Source: Candidatus Eiseniibacteriota bacterium (GTDB lineage Bacteria > Eisenbacteria > RBG-16-71-46 > SZUA-252). Taken from it: a stretch of DNA of 64,000 nucleotides. Below, piece after piece: positions 49,447-58,406 of the stretch (the stretch's first letter is position 1; every line of letters starts with the position of its first letter). Where the stretch lies: contig OY969801.1 in assembly GCA_963703225.1 (NCBI GenBank), positions 1,536,001 to 1,600,000 on the forward strand, in the 5' to 3' direction. The notes beneath the pieces are model-generated. The model did not search any database. It was not told where the DNA came from and saw only the letters and a program-made list of their open reading frames with translations. The translations under genes and the position numbers were made by a program.

Positions 49447-49557
49447 GCAGACCGCTCCGGGATCAAAGAGGCGCTTCGAAGATGCGAAATATTAAGGGGT
49501 TCCGCGTCCTGGATCAAGACATGGGTGAGGGATGGACGGCGGGCCAGAGATGAATCG

Positions 49558-49632
<75 letters not shown>

Positions 49633-49682
49633 TCCCGATGCAGCTCCCTAGAGACCAGGGTAGTGGGAATCCGGAACAGCGG

Positions 49683-50603
49683 TCAAGGCTCAATTCGCGC
49701 GACGATCCGCTCCGCGATCTCCGGGAATTGATCCCGCGACTCCAGATCGAACCAATCGACTCCTTCCACCTTCCGAAACCACGTCTCCTGCCGCTTGGCC
49801 AGCTGCCGCGTCTTGAGGGCGATCGTCCCGACGGCCTCGTCGAGCGAGACCTCCCCGCGGATGTGGGCCACGAGCTCTCGATAGCCAAGGGTCTGGAGCC
49901 CCGGTGCCGTCTCGGGCAGGCCGGCGTCGAGAAGCGCCCGAGCTTGGAGAAGAAACCCGTCGCGCAGCTGATCCTGGATCCGGGACTCGATGCGTCTGGC
50001 GAGCGCGGGCCGAGCCCAGCGGAATCCGAGCCTGACCGCGGGCAACGCCTCGCGACGTCGCTCGCGGCGGAGCGCGCTCACAGGACGGCCGGTCAGCTCG
50101 TGGACCTCGAGGGCCCGGATGACCCGCACCGCGTCGCCCGGGAGGATCTGCGCATGGGCCTCCGGATCGACGCGCGCGAGGTCGGAGCGAAGCGCGTCGA
50201 GGCCGCCCTCCCTCATCCGCGCCTCGAGCCGGGAACGGACGGCGTTGTCCCGCCCAGGGCCCTCGAAGAGTCCGTCCAGAAGTGCCCGCAGATAGAGGCC
50301 GGAACCGCCCACCACCAGGACCGCCCGACCCCGGGATCGAATCTCGTCGATGGCGGCGCGGGCCTCGCGGGCGTAGCGACCCGCGCTGTAGATTTCGCCG
50401 GGGCCGAGGAATGAGGCGAGGTGGTGCGGAGCGAGGGCGCGATCGCGATCGCTGGGAGCGGCCGTGCCGATTTCCAGGCCGCGGTAGATCTGGCGGGAAT
50501 CGGCGCCGACGATTTCGCCGCCGACCTTGCGCGCCACCTGAAGCGCGACCTCGCTCTTTCCGGCGGCGGTCGGACCGAGAATGACGACGGGGCGTCCGGG
50601 CAC
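49683..50603 (-). CDS. miaA: tRNA dimethylallyltransferase
   Basis: GPTAAGKS, ADSRQIY, VGGSGLY and AKRQETWF. Confidence 0.96.
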   Translation of the reverse strand: MPGRPVVILGPTAAGKSEVALQVARKVGGEIVGADSRQIYRGLEIGTAAPSDRDRALAPHHLASFLGPGEIYSAGRYAREARAAIDEIRSRGRAVLVVGGSGLYLRALLDGLFEGPGRDNAVRSRLEARMREGGLDALRSDLARVDPEAHAQILPGDAVRVIRALEVHELTGRPVSALRRERRREALPAVRLGFRWARPALARRIESRIQDQLRDGFLLQARALLDAGLPETAPGLQTLGYRELVAHIRGEVSLDEAVGTIALKTRQLAKRQETWFRKVEGVDWFDLESRDQFPEIAERIVARIEP

Positions 50604-50613
50604 GAATGGGCCC

Positions 50614-52410
50614 TTATCGGCGGCCGAAGCGCCGGTCCAGCTCCTCCATCGCGACGCGCACGTAGGTGGGGCGTCCGTGGGGATCGCCGTGCGGGAGGCT
50701 CGTCGCGAAGAGGCGATCGAAGAGGGCGCGGCGCTCTTCCGGGCTCAGGACCTGACCCGAGCGAACGGCTGCGTGACACGCGTAGGTCTTGGCGATCCGC
50801 TCCTCGGGAGGCTCATCCACGTCGATCGAGGCGTGCCCCTCGTCGCCGCCGAGGAGCCGCTTCAGCGCGTCGACCGCGATCTCCTCCGGGAGCGACGCGG
50901 GGACGCCGCGGACCGCCACCTGGCGCTCGCCGATCAGCGAAATGTCGTACCCGAGGCGGCGGGCGTGCGGCTCGATTTGGAGGAGCGAGTCCAGCTCGGC
51001 CGGGGTCAGGTCGACCACGCGGGGAAAGAGGAGGTGCTGGCTCGCACCGGCTTCCCCAAAGAGGTGGATCTGGGCCTCTTCGTAGAGAATTCGCTCGTGG
51101 GCGGCGTGCTGGTCGACGATCACCAGGCCGCCCCGGATCGGCGCGAGCAGGTAGCGGTCGTGGAGCTGCCAGATCGGAATCTCCGGTTCCGCGAGGCTCT
51201 CGCGAAGCTCCGCCACGTCAGGCTCCCGCGCCAGATCGGAACCGCCCCCCTCTTCCGGCGGCGCGTAGATCGCGCGGGCCGCGGTCAGCCCGTCCCACGC
51301 GAGCTGGGAGGCCGGGAGCCTCGCGGCGCTCCCGGGAAGCCCGGTCGCCCCGCCCGCTCCGGCGAGCCCTGGCTCCTCTTCGATCGTGGAGACTCCACCG
51401 CCCACGCCGAGCGAAACGGGCACGTAGCGCTTCATCGCCGTCTCCACCGCCCTCCGCGCCGCCTGGAAAAGCGCCGCCTCGTCGCGGAAGCGCACTTCGC
51501 GCTTGGTCGGATGTACGTTCACGTCGACCTGGCTGGGGTCGATTTCGATCAGAAGCAGGGCGACCGGATGGCGATCGCCGGGAATCAGGTTTCCATACCC
51601 TTGCCGCACGGCCGCGGCGAGCGTGGGCGAGAAGATGACGCGGCCATTCACCGCGAATACCTGGTGTTCCCGGCTGGCGCGCGCGATCTCCGGGGCGCCG
51701 AGGATTCCGCGCAGGCGCATCCCAGGAGCTTCGGTCTCGAACGGAGCCGCGCTCTCCCCCGCGCCCCGGCCATACAGAATCTGCCACCGCTCCAGCAGGT
51801 CGCCCGCCTCCGGGAGATCGTTGTCCTCGCGGCCGTCGACCCGGAATCGCCAGTGGACCCGCGGCGTGCAGAGCGCGTAGCTCCAGACGATGCGGGAGAG
51901 AACCCGGCTCTCGGATTCCCGGGAGCGGAGGAACCGCAGGCGAGCGGGGGTATTGAAGAAGAGATCTTCCACGTGGACGGTCGTCCCCACGGCGCGGCCG
52001 ACGCCCGATACGGAGATCACCGTGCCGCCGAGGATCTCGATCTGACTCCCCGTCAACTCCTCCGCGGCTCGGGTGGAAAGGGTAAGCCGGGAGACTTCCG
52101 CGATCGACGCGAGCGCCTCGCCGCGAAAGCCGAGCGTCCTCATGGAGGTCAGATCCTCCGACCGCTCGAGCTTGCTGGTCGCGTGGCGGCGCACGGCGAG
52201 GAGGGAATCCTCGCGCGACATCCCTCGTCCATCGTCCTGGACCCGGATCGACCGCTCTGGGCTCCCGGCGGTCTGGACCGCGATCAACCGGCTCCCGGCG
52301 TCGAGCGCGTTCTCGATCAGCTCCTTGGCCACGGCGGCGGGGCGGTCGATCACCTCGCCGGCGCGGATCTTCGCGACGACGCTGGGATCGAGGATCCGGA
52401 TGGAGGCCAT
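50614..52410 (-). CDS. mutL: DNA mismatch repair protein MutL
   Basis: AGEVIDRP, ENALDAG, HATSK, LGFRGEALASI, DVNVHPTK and DQHAAHER. Confidence 0.97.
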   Translation of the reverse strand: MASIRILDPSVVAKIRAGEVIDRPAAVAKELIENALDAGSRLIAVQTAGSPERSIRVQDDGRGMSREDSLLAVRRHATSKLERSEDLTSMRTLGFRGEALASIAEVSRLTLSTRAAEELTGSQIEILGGTVISVSGVGRAVGTTVHVEDLFFNTPARLRFLRSRESESRVLSRIVWSYALCTPRVHWRFRVDGREDNDLPEAGDLLERWQILYGRGAGESAAPFETEAPGMRLRGILGAPEIARASREHQVFAVNGRVIFSPTLAAAVRQGYGNLIPGDRHPVALLLIEIDPSQVDVNVHPTKREVRFRDEAALFQAARRAVETAMKRYVPVSLGVGGGVSTIEEEPGLAGAGGATGLPGSAARLPASQLAWDGLTAARAIYAPPEEGGGSDLAREPDVAELRESLAEPEIPIWQLHDRYLLAPIRGGLVIVDQHAAHERILYEEAQIHLFGEAGASQHLLFPRVVDLTPAELDSLLQIEPHARRLGYDISLIGERQVAVRGVPASLPEEIAVDALKRLLGGDEGHASIDVDEPPEERIAKTYACHAAVRSGQVLSPEERRALFDRLFATSLPHGDPHGRPTYVRVAMEELDRRFGRR

Positions 52411-52414
52411 CAGG

Positions 52415-53632
52415 CTACGAGAGGCGAAGAATCGGGAGTTCGCGCGGGAATCGAGAGAGGAATGTGGCGCCGTCCGCCCCGACGACGACGTCCTCCTCCA
52501 GACCGATGAGGCCGTGCCCTTCGAGGAAGATACTCGGCTCCAGCGTGTAGATGGCGCCCTCGCGAACGGGCTCGAACGGCTCCTGGCCGTACCGCTCCCA
52601 GCGGGGACCGAGCACTCCGCCGCCATCGTGCACCGCCCGACCCAGGTGATGTCCGAGCGCGTGGGCGTACTCGGGGTAGCCCCGGGAGTGAAGGAGCGAG
52701 CGAGCTTTCTGGTCCACTTCCCAACCCAGAGCGCCGGGGACAAGCGAACGGGCCCCGAGGTCGATGGCGTCCACGATCGCGAGGTAGGCCTTCCGAACCG
52801 CGGCAGGCACTTCGTCCGATCCCTTTGCCGCGGCGTACCAGAGACGCTGCAGGTCGGAGCAGTAGCCGTCCCGGACGATCCCGAAATCGACGTGGATCAC
52901 CGACCCCGGCGCGATCGGCTCATCGCCTGGGCCGACGTGTCCGATCGTGGCGTGGGCCCCGACCGTCACGGACGGACAGTGGTGCCGCGGCCACGCGGTC
53001 GGCACGCCTGCCTTCAGCGCCTCCGCGTGGAATTCGGCCGCGACCTCTCGGGCCGTCTGCCCCAGGCGGAGCCGGCCGCGGACGCGGTCGAACATGGCTT
53101 CGGTCTCGTCGACAGCGGCCTTCACGAGCGCGCGCTCCTCCGGAAGCTTCACGCCCCGCAGCATCGACTGGAGGCGCGACGCGCTCAGGAGCCTCCCCTC
53201 GAACGGCGTTCCCTTGAGGGTCGCCTCGAGGTAATCGCGCAGACCGGCGGTCAGGCCGTCCGCGAGGGCGTCGTCCACCGAAACGTTGATTCCGATCCGG
53301 CGCGGGTCGCGGCGACGCAACAGCTCGACGAGCTGAGCGCGCGGACCTTCCTTGTACGTCAAGACCTCGTCAAAGATCCCGAGGCGCTCGAGATCGGGGG
53401 CGTCGAACGTGGCCACCAAAGCACCCGACCAGTCGGGCGTCACCAGGAAGAAGGTGGTCCACGTGAAATCGAGCTCCATGAAGGAGCGGAGGATCGGATC
53501 GGGCCGCTCCGCGGACTCGCGGACGACAGTCAACCAGCCGTCCAAACCGCTCTGGCCGAGGAGCGATTGCGCCTGGGCGAGCTTGAGGGCGCCGAGACTT
53601 GGCGCTCGCGTCGCGGCTTGGCTCGTTCCCAT
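52415..53632 (-). CDS. M24 family Xaa-Pro peptidase
   Basis: HVDFG, YCSDLQR, HALGHHLG, TLEP and LEEDV. Confidence 0.88.
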   Translation of the reverse strand: MGTSQAATRAPSLGALKLAQAQSLLGQSGLDGWLTVVRESAERPDPILRSFMELDFTWTTFFLVTPDWSGALVATFDAPDLERLGIFDEVLTYKEGPRAQLVELLRRRDPRRIGINVSVDDALADGLTAGLRDYLEATLKGTPFEGRLLSASRLQSMLRGVKLPEERALVKAAVDETEAMFDRVRGRLRLGQTAREVAAEFHAEALKAGVPTAWPRHHCPSVTVGAHATIGHVGPGDEPIAPGSVIHVDFGIVRDGYCSDLQRLWYAAAKGSDEVPAAVRKAYLAIVDAIDLGARSLVPGALGWEVDQKARSLLHSRGYPEYAHALGHHLGRAVHDGGGVLGPRWERYGQEPFEPVREGAIYTLEPSIFLEGHGLIGLEEDVVVGADGATFLSRFPRELPILRLS

Positions 53633-53638
53633 GCGGGT

Positions 53639-53667
53639 ACGATAGCCGGATCGGCCGCGTCGGGCAA
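53639..53667 (-). promoter_or_regulatory. Putative sigma-70 promoter giving a leaderless mRNA
   Basis: TTGCCC-N17-TATCGT, 6 nt before ATG 53632. Confidence 0.5.
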
Positions 53668-53690
53668 GTAGATGTCCGGAGGGTAAGGCT

Positions 53691-55994
53691 TTAGGCGGTG
53701 GGGTAGCTGCTCCGGATGAGCGCGAGGAGCTCGCCGCCCGTGGGGACTTCGTCGGGATAGGCGTACTGCCGGCCCACGAGACGCACCTCCCCGGTGTCGG
53801 CGAGGTCCTTGACCGACGCGAGCGTCGGGAGGAGAAGGTCGAGCCTCCTCAAGAGCGCGCCGCTGTCCTTGTCCGACTCGGGCGAAAGGACCGCGAAGCG
53901 GCCTCCGCCGATTCTCGCTACGGCGTCGACTTCGCGAACGTTCCGCGTGAGCGCCTGGGCGAACTCGCGGAGCAGACCCTCGGCCCACTCGGCCCCGTGC
54001 CGCTGCCCGAGCTTCTCGTATCCCGAAATGGAGCAGAGCGTGAGGAGGATCCGATCGTGGTATCGCTCGGCTCGTTTCACCTCTTCCAGGATCTTCGACT
54101 CCAAGCCGGCCCCGCCCAAAAGGCCGGTCACTGGATCTTTCGGACTCTCGGCGGCCGATCCCTCCGCCCGCGCCTGCTCCCAGGCCAGCGCGACGTAGAG
54201 CGCGAGCTTTCGCAACGCCTCCAGCTCCACCGTGCCAAAGCTGGGCACGCCGCCTCGCGAGGGGGGTGACAAGGGCAGCACGATGCCGAGCGCGCCGACG
54301 ACCCGATCGACAGACCGAATCGGGACCGAGGCGAAGTTCACGCCGTTCGGGTCGGTCGCGGCCGGATCGGCGGAGCCGTTGACCGAGCTCGACTCCTGCC
54401 CCTGCTGGAGCGCCAGGCTCGAGCGCTCCTGCTCGAGGTTCGTCAAGGTCGCCCGATCGGCCTCCGAGCCGTCGAACCCGCTCCGGAAGAGGATGCTGTC
54501 CTCCGGGCCCCGCAGCCGGACCGCCACGAAGCCCCGGCCAAAGAGATCGCGGAGGGCGCTCAAGGACTCCCCCGCGAGGGACTCCAGGTCGTGCTGGACC
54601 ATCAGCCTCGGAGCGATGTTCGACAGCTTCTCGAAGAGGATCCCCTGGCGCGTCGCGACGCCATGGTCCCGGTGAATTTCAGCGAGCCGGGCGAGATAAG
54701 AAGCCAGCCTCGCGACCAGACGCGTCAGCTCCTCGAGATCGGTGGCCACGCGCACGACACATTCGATCGCGAGCACGCCCAGCGCCCGACCGTCGCCGAT
54801 CGGGGCCACGACCAGGTTCGCGGGGGCCTCCCCCGCGCTGCCCTCCGAGGGACGCGCCAGTCGGGATGCGAGGAAGAACGACTCGCCGTTTCGGTAGGCC
54901 CGCGCCAGGAGGCCCGCGGTCATCGGAAGCTGGCCCTCCGTGCCCGCCTCGGTTCCCGACGCGATCACCCGGAAGCGGCCCGCGTCGGGCTCGGCGATGT
55001 AGATCTGAGCCGATTCCGCGTCGAGGTGGCTCGCGAGCCGCGTCGCGGCCAGCCGGAGGCGGTCGGCGAGAGGTAGATCCTCGCGGGCGAATGCCTGCTC
55101 CATCGCCCGGCGCGTCCGAAACTCGATGGCGTCGGCGTCCCGCCTCAGACCCTGAACCACCCGCTCGAGGATCGCCGAGATTTGGGACGCGATCTCGGTC
55201 AGGCGCGTCAGGTCTCGTTCGGTGAACCGCCGATCGGGCCGGTCGCTCGAGACATTGAGAACTCCGATGACCCTGCCGTCGAGCTGGATGGGGGCCGACA
55301 TGGCGGCGGCGATCCGGGAGCGCTCGCGCGAATCCCGAAAGCGGGGGTCGGATATCTTCTCGTTGATGATCAGCGGGCGCCCTTCCTTGGCCACCTTGCC
55401 GGCGACGCCCTCGCCCAGCTTTTGCCGCGTCGAGCGGACCGTATCGGGCGAGAGCCCGTCGGCGAACGCGATGCGGAGCTCCCCGGCATCCTCGTCGAGC
55501 ACCATGATGGAGCCCGCTTCGGCGCGGGTCTGCTCGACGGCGAGCGCGAGGATCTCGCGGAAGAGCCGCTGCCGATCCTCGGAGAGAGCCAGCGCCTCCT
55601 GGATCTTCCCCAGCCGGGTTCCGGTAGCCTCGTCGAAGAGCGTTTCCCAACCTTCGAGCGGAGATGGATCGCCGGTGGCATCCGCCCTCGTGCCGGCTTC
55701 CAGGCTTCCGGCGAGCTCGTCGATGGTGGTGAAGATGCGGCTCGAAATGCCGGCGCGAGAGAGCGCCGACGCGCTGGGGGAGGACATCGACGGCAGCGCG
55801 ACGCGGTCGGGCTTTAGAGCGAGGAGGTCGAGGGGTTCGTTGGAGCGAGGAATCTGGAGCACTTCCGCGATCTTGAGGGCGAGCGCTTCAGGCTCCGTAT
55901 GCGAAACGAGGACGATCTCCACTCCGGCCGTGTGCCGGGCGAGCGAAATCAGGTCGACCCTGTCGTCGGGCAGGTCGAGAAACGCGAGTCTCAT
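53691..55994 (-). CDS. Multi-GAF domain protein with degenerate GGDEF domain
   Basis: One clear GAF (GSIMVLD...GEGVAGKVA...IGVLNVS) and two weaker ones, then DPVTGL and REVD...RIGGGRF. Confidence 0.85.
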   Translation of the reverse strand: MRLAFLDLPDDRVDLISLARHTAGVEIVLVSHTEPEALALKIAEVLQIPRSNEPLDLLALKPDRVALPSMSSPSASALSRAGISSRIFTTIDELAGSLEAGTRADATGDPSPLEGWETLFDEATGTRLGKIQEALALSEDRQRLFREILALAVEQTRAEAGSIMVLDEDAGELRIAFADGLSPDTVRSTRQKLGEGVAGKVAKEGRPLIINEKISDPRFRDSRERSRIAAAMSAPIQLDGRVIGVLNVSSDRPDRRFTERDLTRLTEIASQISAILERVVQGLRRDADAIEFRTRRAMEQAFAREDLPLADRLRLAATRLASHLDAESAQIYIAEPDAGRFRVIASGTEAGTEGQLPMTAGLLARAYRNGESFFLASRLARPSEGSAGEAPANLVVAPIGDGRALGVLAIECVVRVATDLEELTRLVARLASYLARLAEIHRDHGVATRQGILFEKLSNIAPRLMVQHDLESLAGESLSALRDLFGRGFVAVRLRGPEDSILFRSGFDGSEADRATLTNLEQERSSLALQQGQESSSVNGSADPAATDPNGVNFASVPIRSVDRVVGALGIVLPLSPPSRGGVPSFGTVELEALRKLALYVALAWEQARAEGSAAESPKDPVTGLLGGAGLESKILEEVKRAERYHDRILLTLCSISGYEKLGQRHGAEWAEGLLREFAQALTRNVREVDAVARIGGGRFAVLSPESDKDSGALLRRLDLLLPTLASVKDLADTGEVRLVGRQYAYPDEVPTGGELLALIRSSYPTA

Positions 55995-56209
55995 GGCACC
56001 CCAGCGTCGGCCGAAAGCGAGGTATTAGGGAGTGATCCGCGGGGTGAAACGCAAGGAGTGTACCATCCCCCGGGGCCGGGCAAAGGTTCCGCCGGAGAGC
56101 ACTACCGGATGGGGTTACGCCCTCCTACTTCCGCTCGTCGCGGTCGGGCAGAACTCGCTGGCGCATCGCGTTTCAGGCTCGCGGCCTAGAAACCGTGCAA
56201 TTTGCACGC

Positions 56210-58372
56210 TTACCGGGTCACCGTGACAACCTTGGCGACCGCGACGTTCCGATCGAGATCGGACGCGCGGACCGTGATCCGATGCTCCCCGGCCGCGAGA
56301 TCGGGGACGTCGAACCGGAAACTTTCGCGGCGCCCGTCAAAAATTCCGTCTTCCGGGAAGACATCGATCCAATCTCCCCCGTCGACCGAGTACTCGATCG
56401 AGGAGACGCGCGTGTCGTCATCGGCCGCCGCGCCGGTCACCGTCACGCTCGACTTGCCGCCCGACGATGAGCCCGGAGCGGCCCGCAGGTTCTCGACGCG
56501 CGGCGGAACGTTGTCGATCTGAAACGGAGAGCTGACCCGCTCGGTCTTGAGCGCGACCGGCGTCGGGTTGTCGGGACGGTCCGAGGCTTCCACGCGCACC
56601 CGATACGTTCCGTTCGGATAGGACTCCGCGTCGAAGCTGTAGATCCGTTCCGGGTGATCGTTGACCAGCCGGCGCCATTCCTTCTCGTCGTCCGCCCGGA
56701 TGGAGAGGTTGTACTTCAACCCATCCCCGTTGGGATCGAGCGCCTCCCACGTCACCGTCCGGATTCCGCGCGCCCACGCCGAGCTGGCGTCCGACACCTG
56801 CTTGGGCCCGACACGGGGCACGTTGTACTCGACCTTGAGGCCGTTGGGGAACGTCTGGGAAATCTGCGGCGGACGATAGTCCGGTCCACCCTCCATGAAC
56901 GGATTATCCGGTCCGAAGACTTGGATCGAGCCGATCTCCGGGGGCAGGTTCCGCTGGAGGTAGGAGACCTCGAGCGAAGAGACGATCGGGCCCGCGCTTC
57001 CGCCGCGCTTGAGCTTCACACGATACTGGAGAAACCGGGCGGGAGGGCTCGACACGGCAGCCGTTTCCTTGATCGCGGTTTCCTGGGACCACGGGCTCCA
57101 GCCATCGTCCGGCTCTTCGCTCAGACCGCTCCGGGTCGACCAGAGGACTTCGCCTCCGCCCGAAGTCAGGGCGCGCACGGTGCCCCACGACGCCACCGAG
57201 TGGAGATCATAGGGCTGCGACGTGTAGGTCCCTTCCTTCGCGGGCTCCGATCCCAGAACGTAGAGGACCGCGTCGTTCCCGGTGGCCACGTAGGTTTCCC
57301 CACCGCCGCGGGCCAAGGCGAGGATCTGCTTCTCCTGCGGCACGCCCAGGACCGCGTACTTCTTGTCGGTGCCGACGCGAAAGAGCGCGGCAGGCTCCCC
57401 GGTCGCGACGAGAACCGACTTGGCGTCCTGCGCGGCCAATGCGTACACAAAATCGGTCGGCGGGGCGTAGAGCAGGCGCGCGCTCCCGTCCTGCTGGACC
57501 AGGAAGACGCCGCACTTCCCGCCGTCGCTGGGCGTGACTTCGATCCCGTAGCGGGAGTCGCCGCCGCGGTCGGTCTGTGCTTCCGATCCATGGCTCGATT
57601 GCGTGCGGTTCGTGCCGACCGCGATCGATCCGTCCTCCAGCACGGCGATCGCACGGAGCTCGTCGGAGTTGGAGTCGTAGATGACCCGCATCGAGCCGCT
57701 CTTCTCCACGCGGAGCAGGAGTCCCTTGGACGCCGTACCCGCGAGGAGCGCGCCATCCTTCGCTTCCGCCAGCGCCATGACGTTCACGTCCTTGGTCTCC
57801 GCGAGGACCGTTCCCTTGCCCGGTGCTGTGACATGGAAGATCTTTCCGTGGCTTCCCGTCCCTGCGTAGAGCGAGCCGTCCTTGCCCACGAGGAGAGACC
57901 AGACCGATTCCTCTCCCGTCTCGAAATAGCGCGTCGTGTCGCCCTTGGCGCCGACGCGGAAGACGATCCCGCCGGGCGCGGACCCGGCGTAGAGATTGTC
58001 GGATCGGTCGACCGCCATGCAGGTGATCTCGGCGGCGCCCGTCTCCCAGAGAAGCGTCGAGCCGTGGTCCTTTGTCCAGCGGTAGATGCGGCCGTTGTCC
58101 CCCGTCCCGAAGTAGACCCGCCCCTTGGTGTCTCGCGCGACGCACCAGATGTAGGACACGCCCTCGGGCCGCGTGACCACGGAATCCCAGGCGGGGCCCA
58201 ACGCCAGGTAGCCCTCGCTCTCGATCGCGACGCCCGCGACGTGCTCCCCTTCCAGGAACGATTGGATGTCGTCGATCTTCCAGAAGGAGGTCTTGACGGC
58301 CTCCGCCTCGGGAGCGCGCGCCACGAGCCCCACGAGCAGCACCGCGCCGAACAGCCACTTTCCGTGGGTCAG
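56210..58372 (-). CDS. Large secreted beta-propeller (WD40/NHL-like) protein with C-terminal Ig/FnIII-like domains; probable CTG start
   Basis: Signal peptide, repeats of D..G.(V/L)Y(A/F)GT...G.(I/V)(Y/F), IDNVPP and EYSVDGG; AAAGGAG 7 nt before CTG. Confidence 0.75.
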   Translation of the reverse strand: MTHGKWLFGAVLLVGLVARAPEAEAVKTSFWKIDDIQSFLEGEHVAGVAIESEGYLALGPAWDSVVTRPEGVSYIWCVARDTKGRVYFGTGDNGRIYRWTKDHGSTLLWETGAAEITCMAVDRSDNLYAGSAPGGIVFRVGAKGDTTRYFETGEESVWSLLVGKDGSLYAGTGSHGKIFHVTAPGKGTVLAETKDVNVMALAEAKDGALLAGTASKGLLLRVEKSGSMRVIYDSNSDELRAIAVLEDGSIAVGTNRTQSSHGSEAQTDRGGDSRYGIEVTPSDGGKCGVFLVQQDGSARLLYAPPTDFVYALAAQDAKSVLVATGEPAALFRVGTDKKYAVLGVPQEKQILALARGGGETYVATGNDAVLYVLGSEPAKEGTYTSQPYDLHSVASWGTVRALTSGGGEVLWSTRSGLSEEPDDGWSPWSQETAIKETAAVSSPPARFLQYRVKLKRGGSAGPIVSSLEVSYLQRNLPPEIGSIQVFGPDNPFMEGGPDYRPPQISQTFPNGLKVEYNVPRVGPKQVSDASSAWARGIRTVTWEALDPNGDGLKYNLSIRADDEKEWRRLVNDHPERIYSFDAESYPNGTYRVRVEASDRPDNPTPVALKTERVSSPFQIDNVPPRVENLRAAPGSSSGGKSSVTVTGAAADDDTRVSSIEYSVDGGDWIDVFPEDGIFDGRRESFRFDVPDLAAGEHRITVRASDLDRNVAVAKVVTVTR

Positions 58373-58406
58373 AGGAGCGCTCCTTTCGGTGTGAGGGGCG
58401 GGATGG

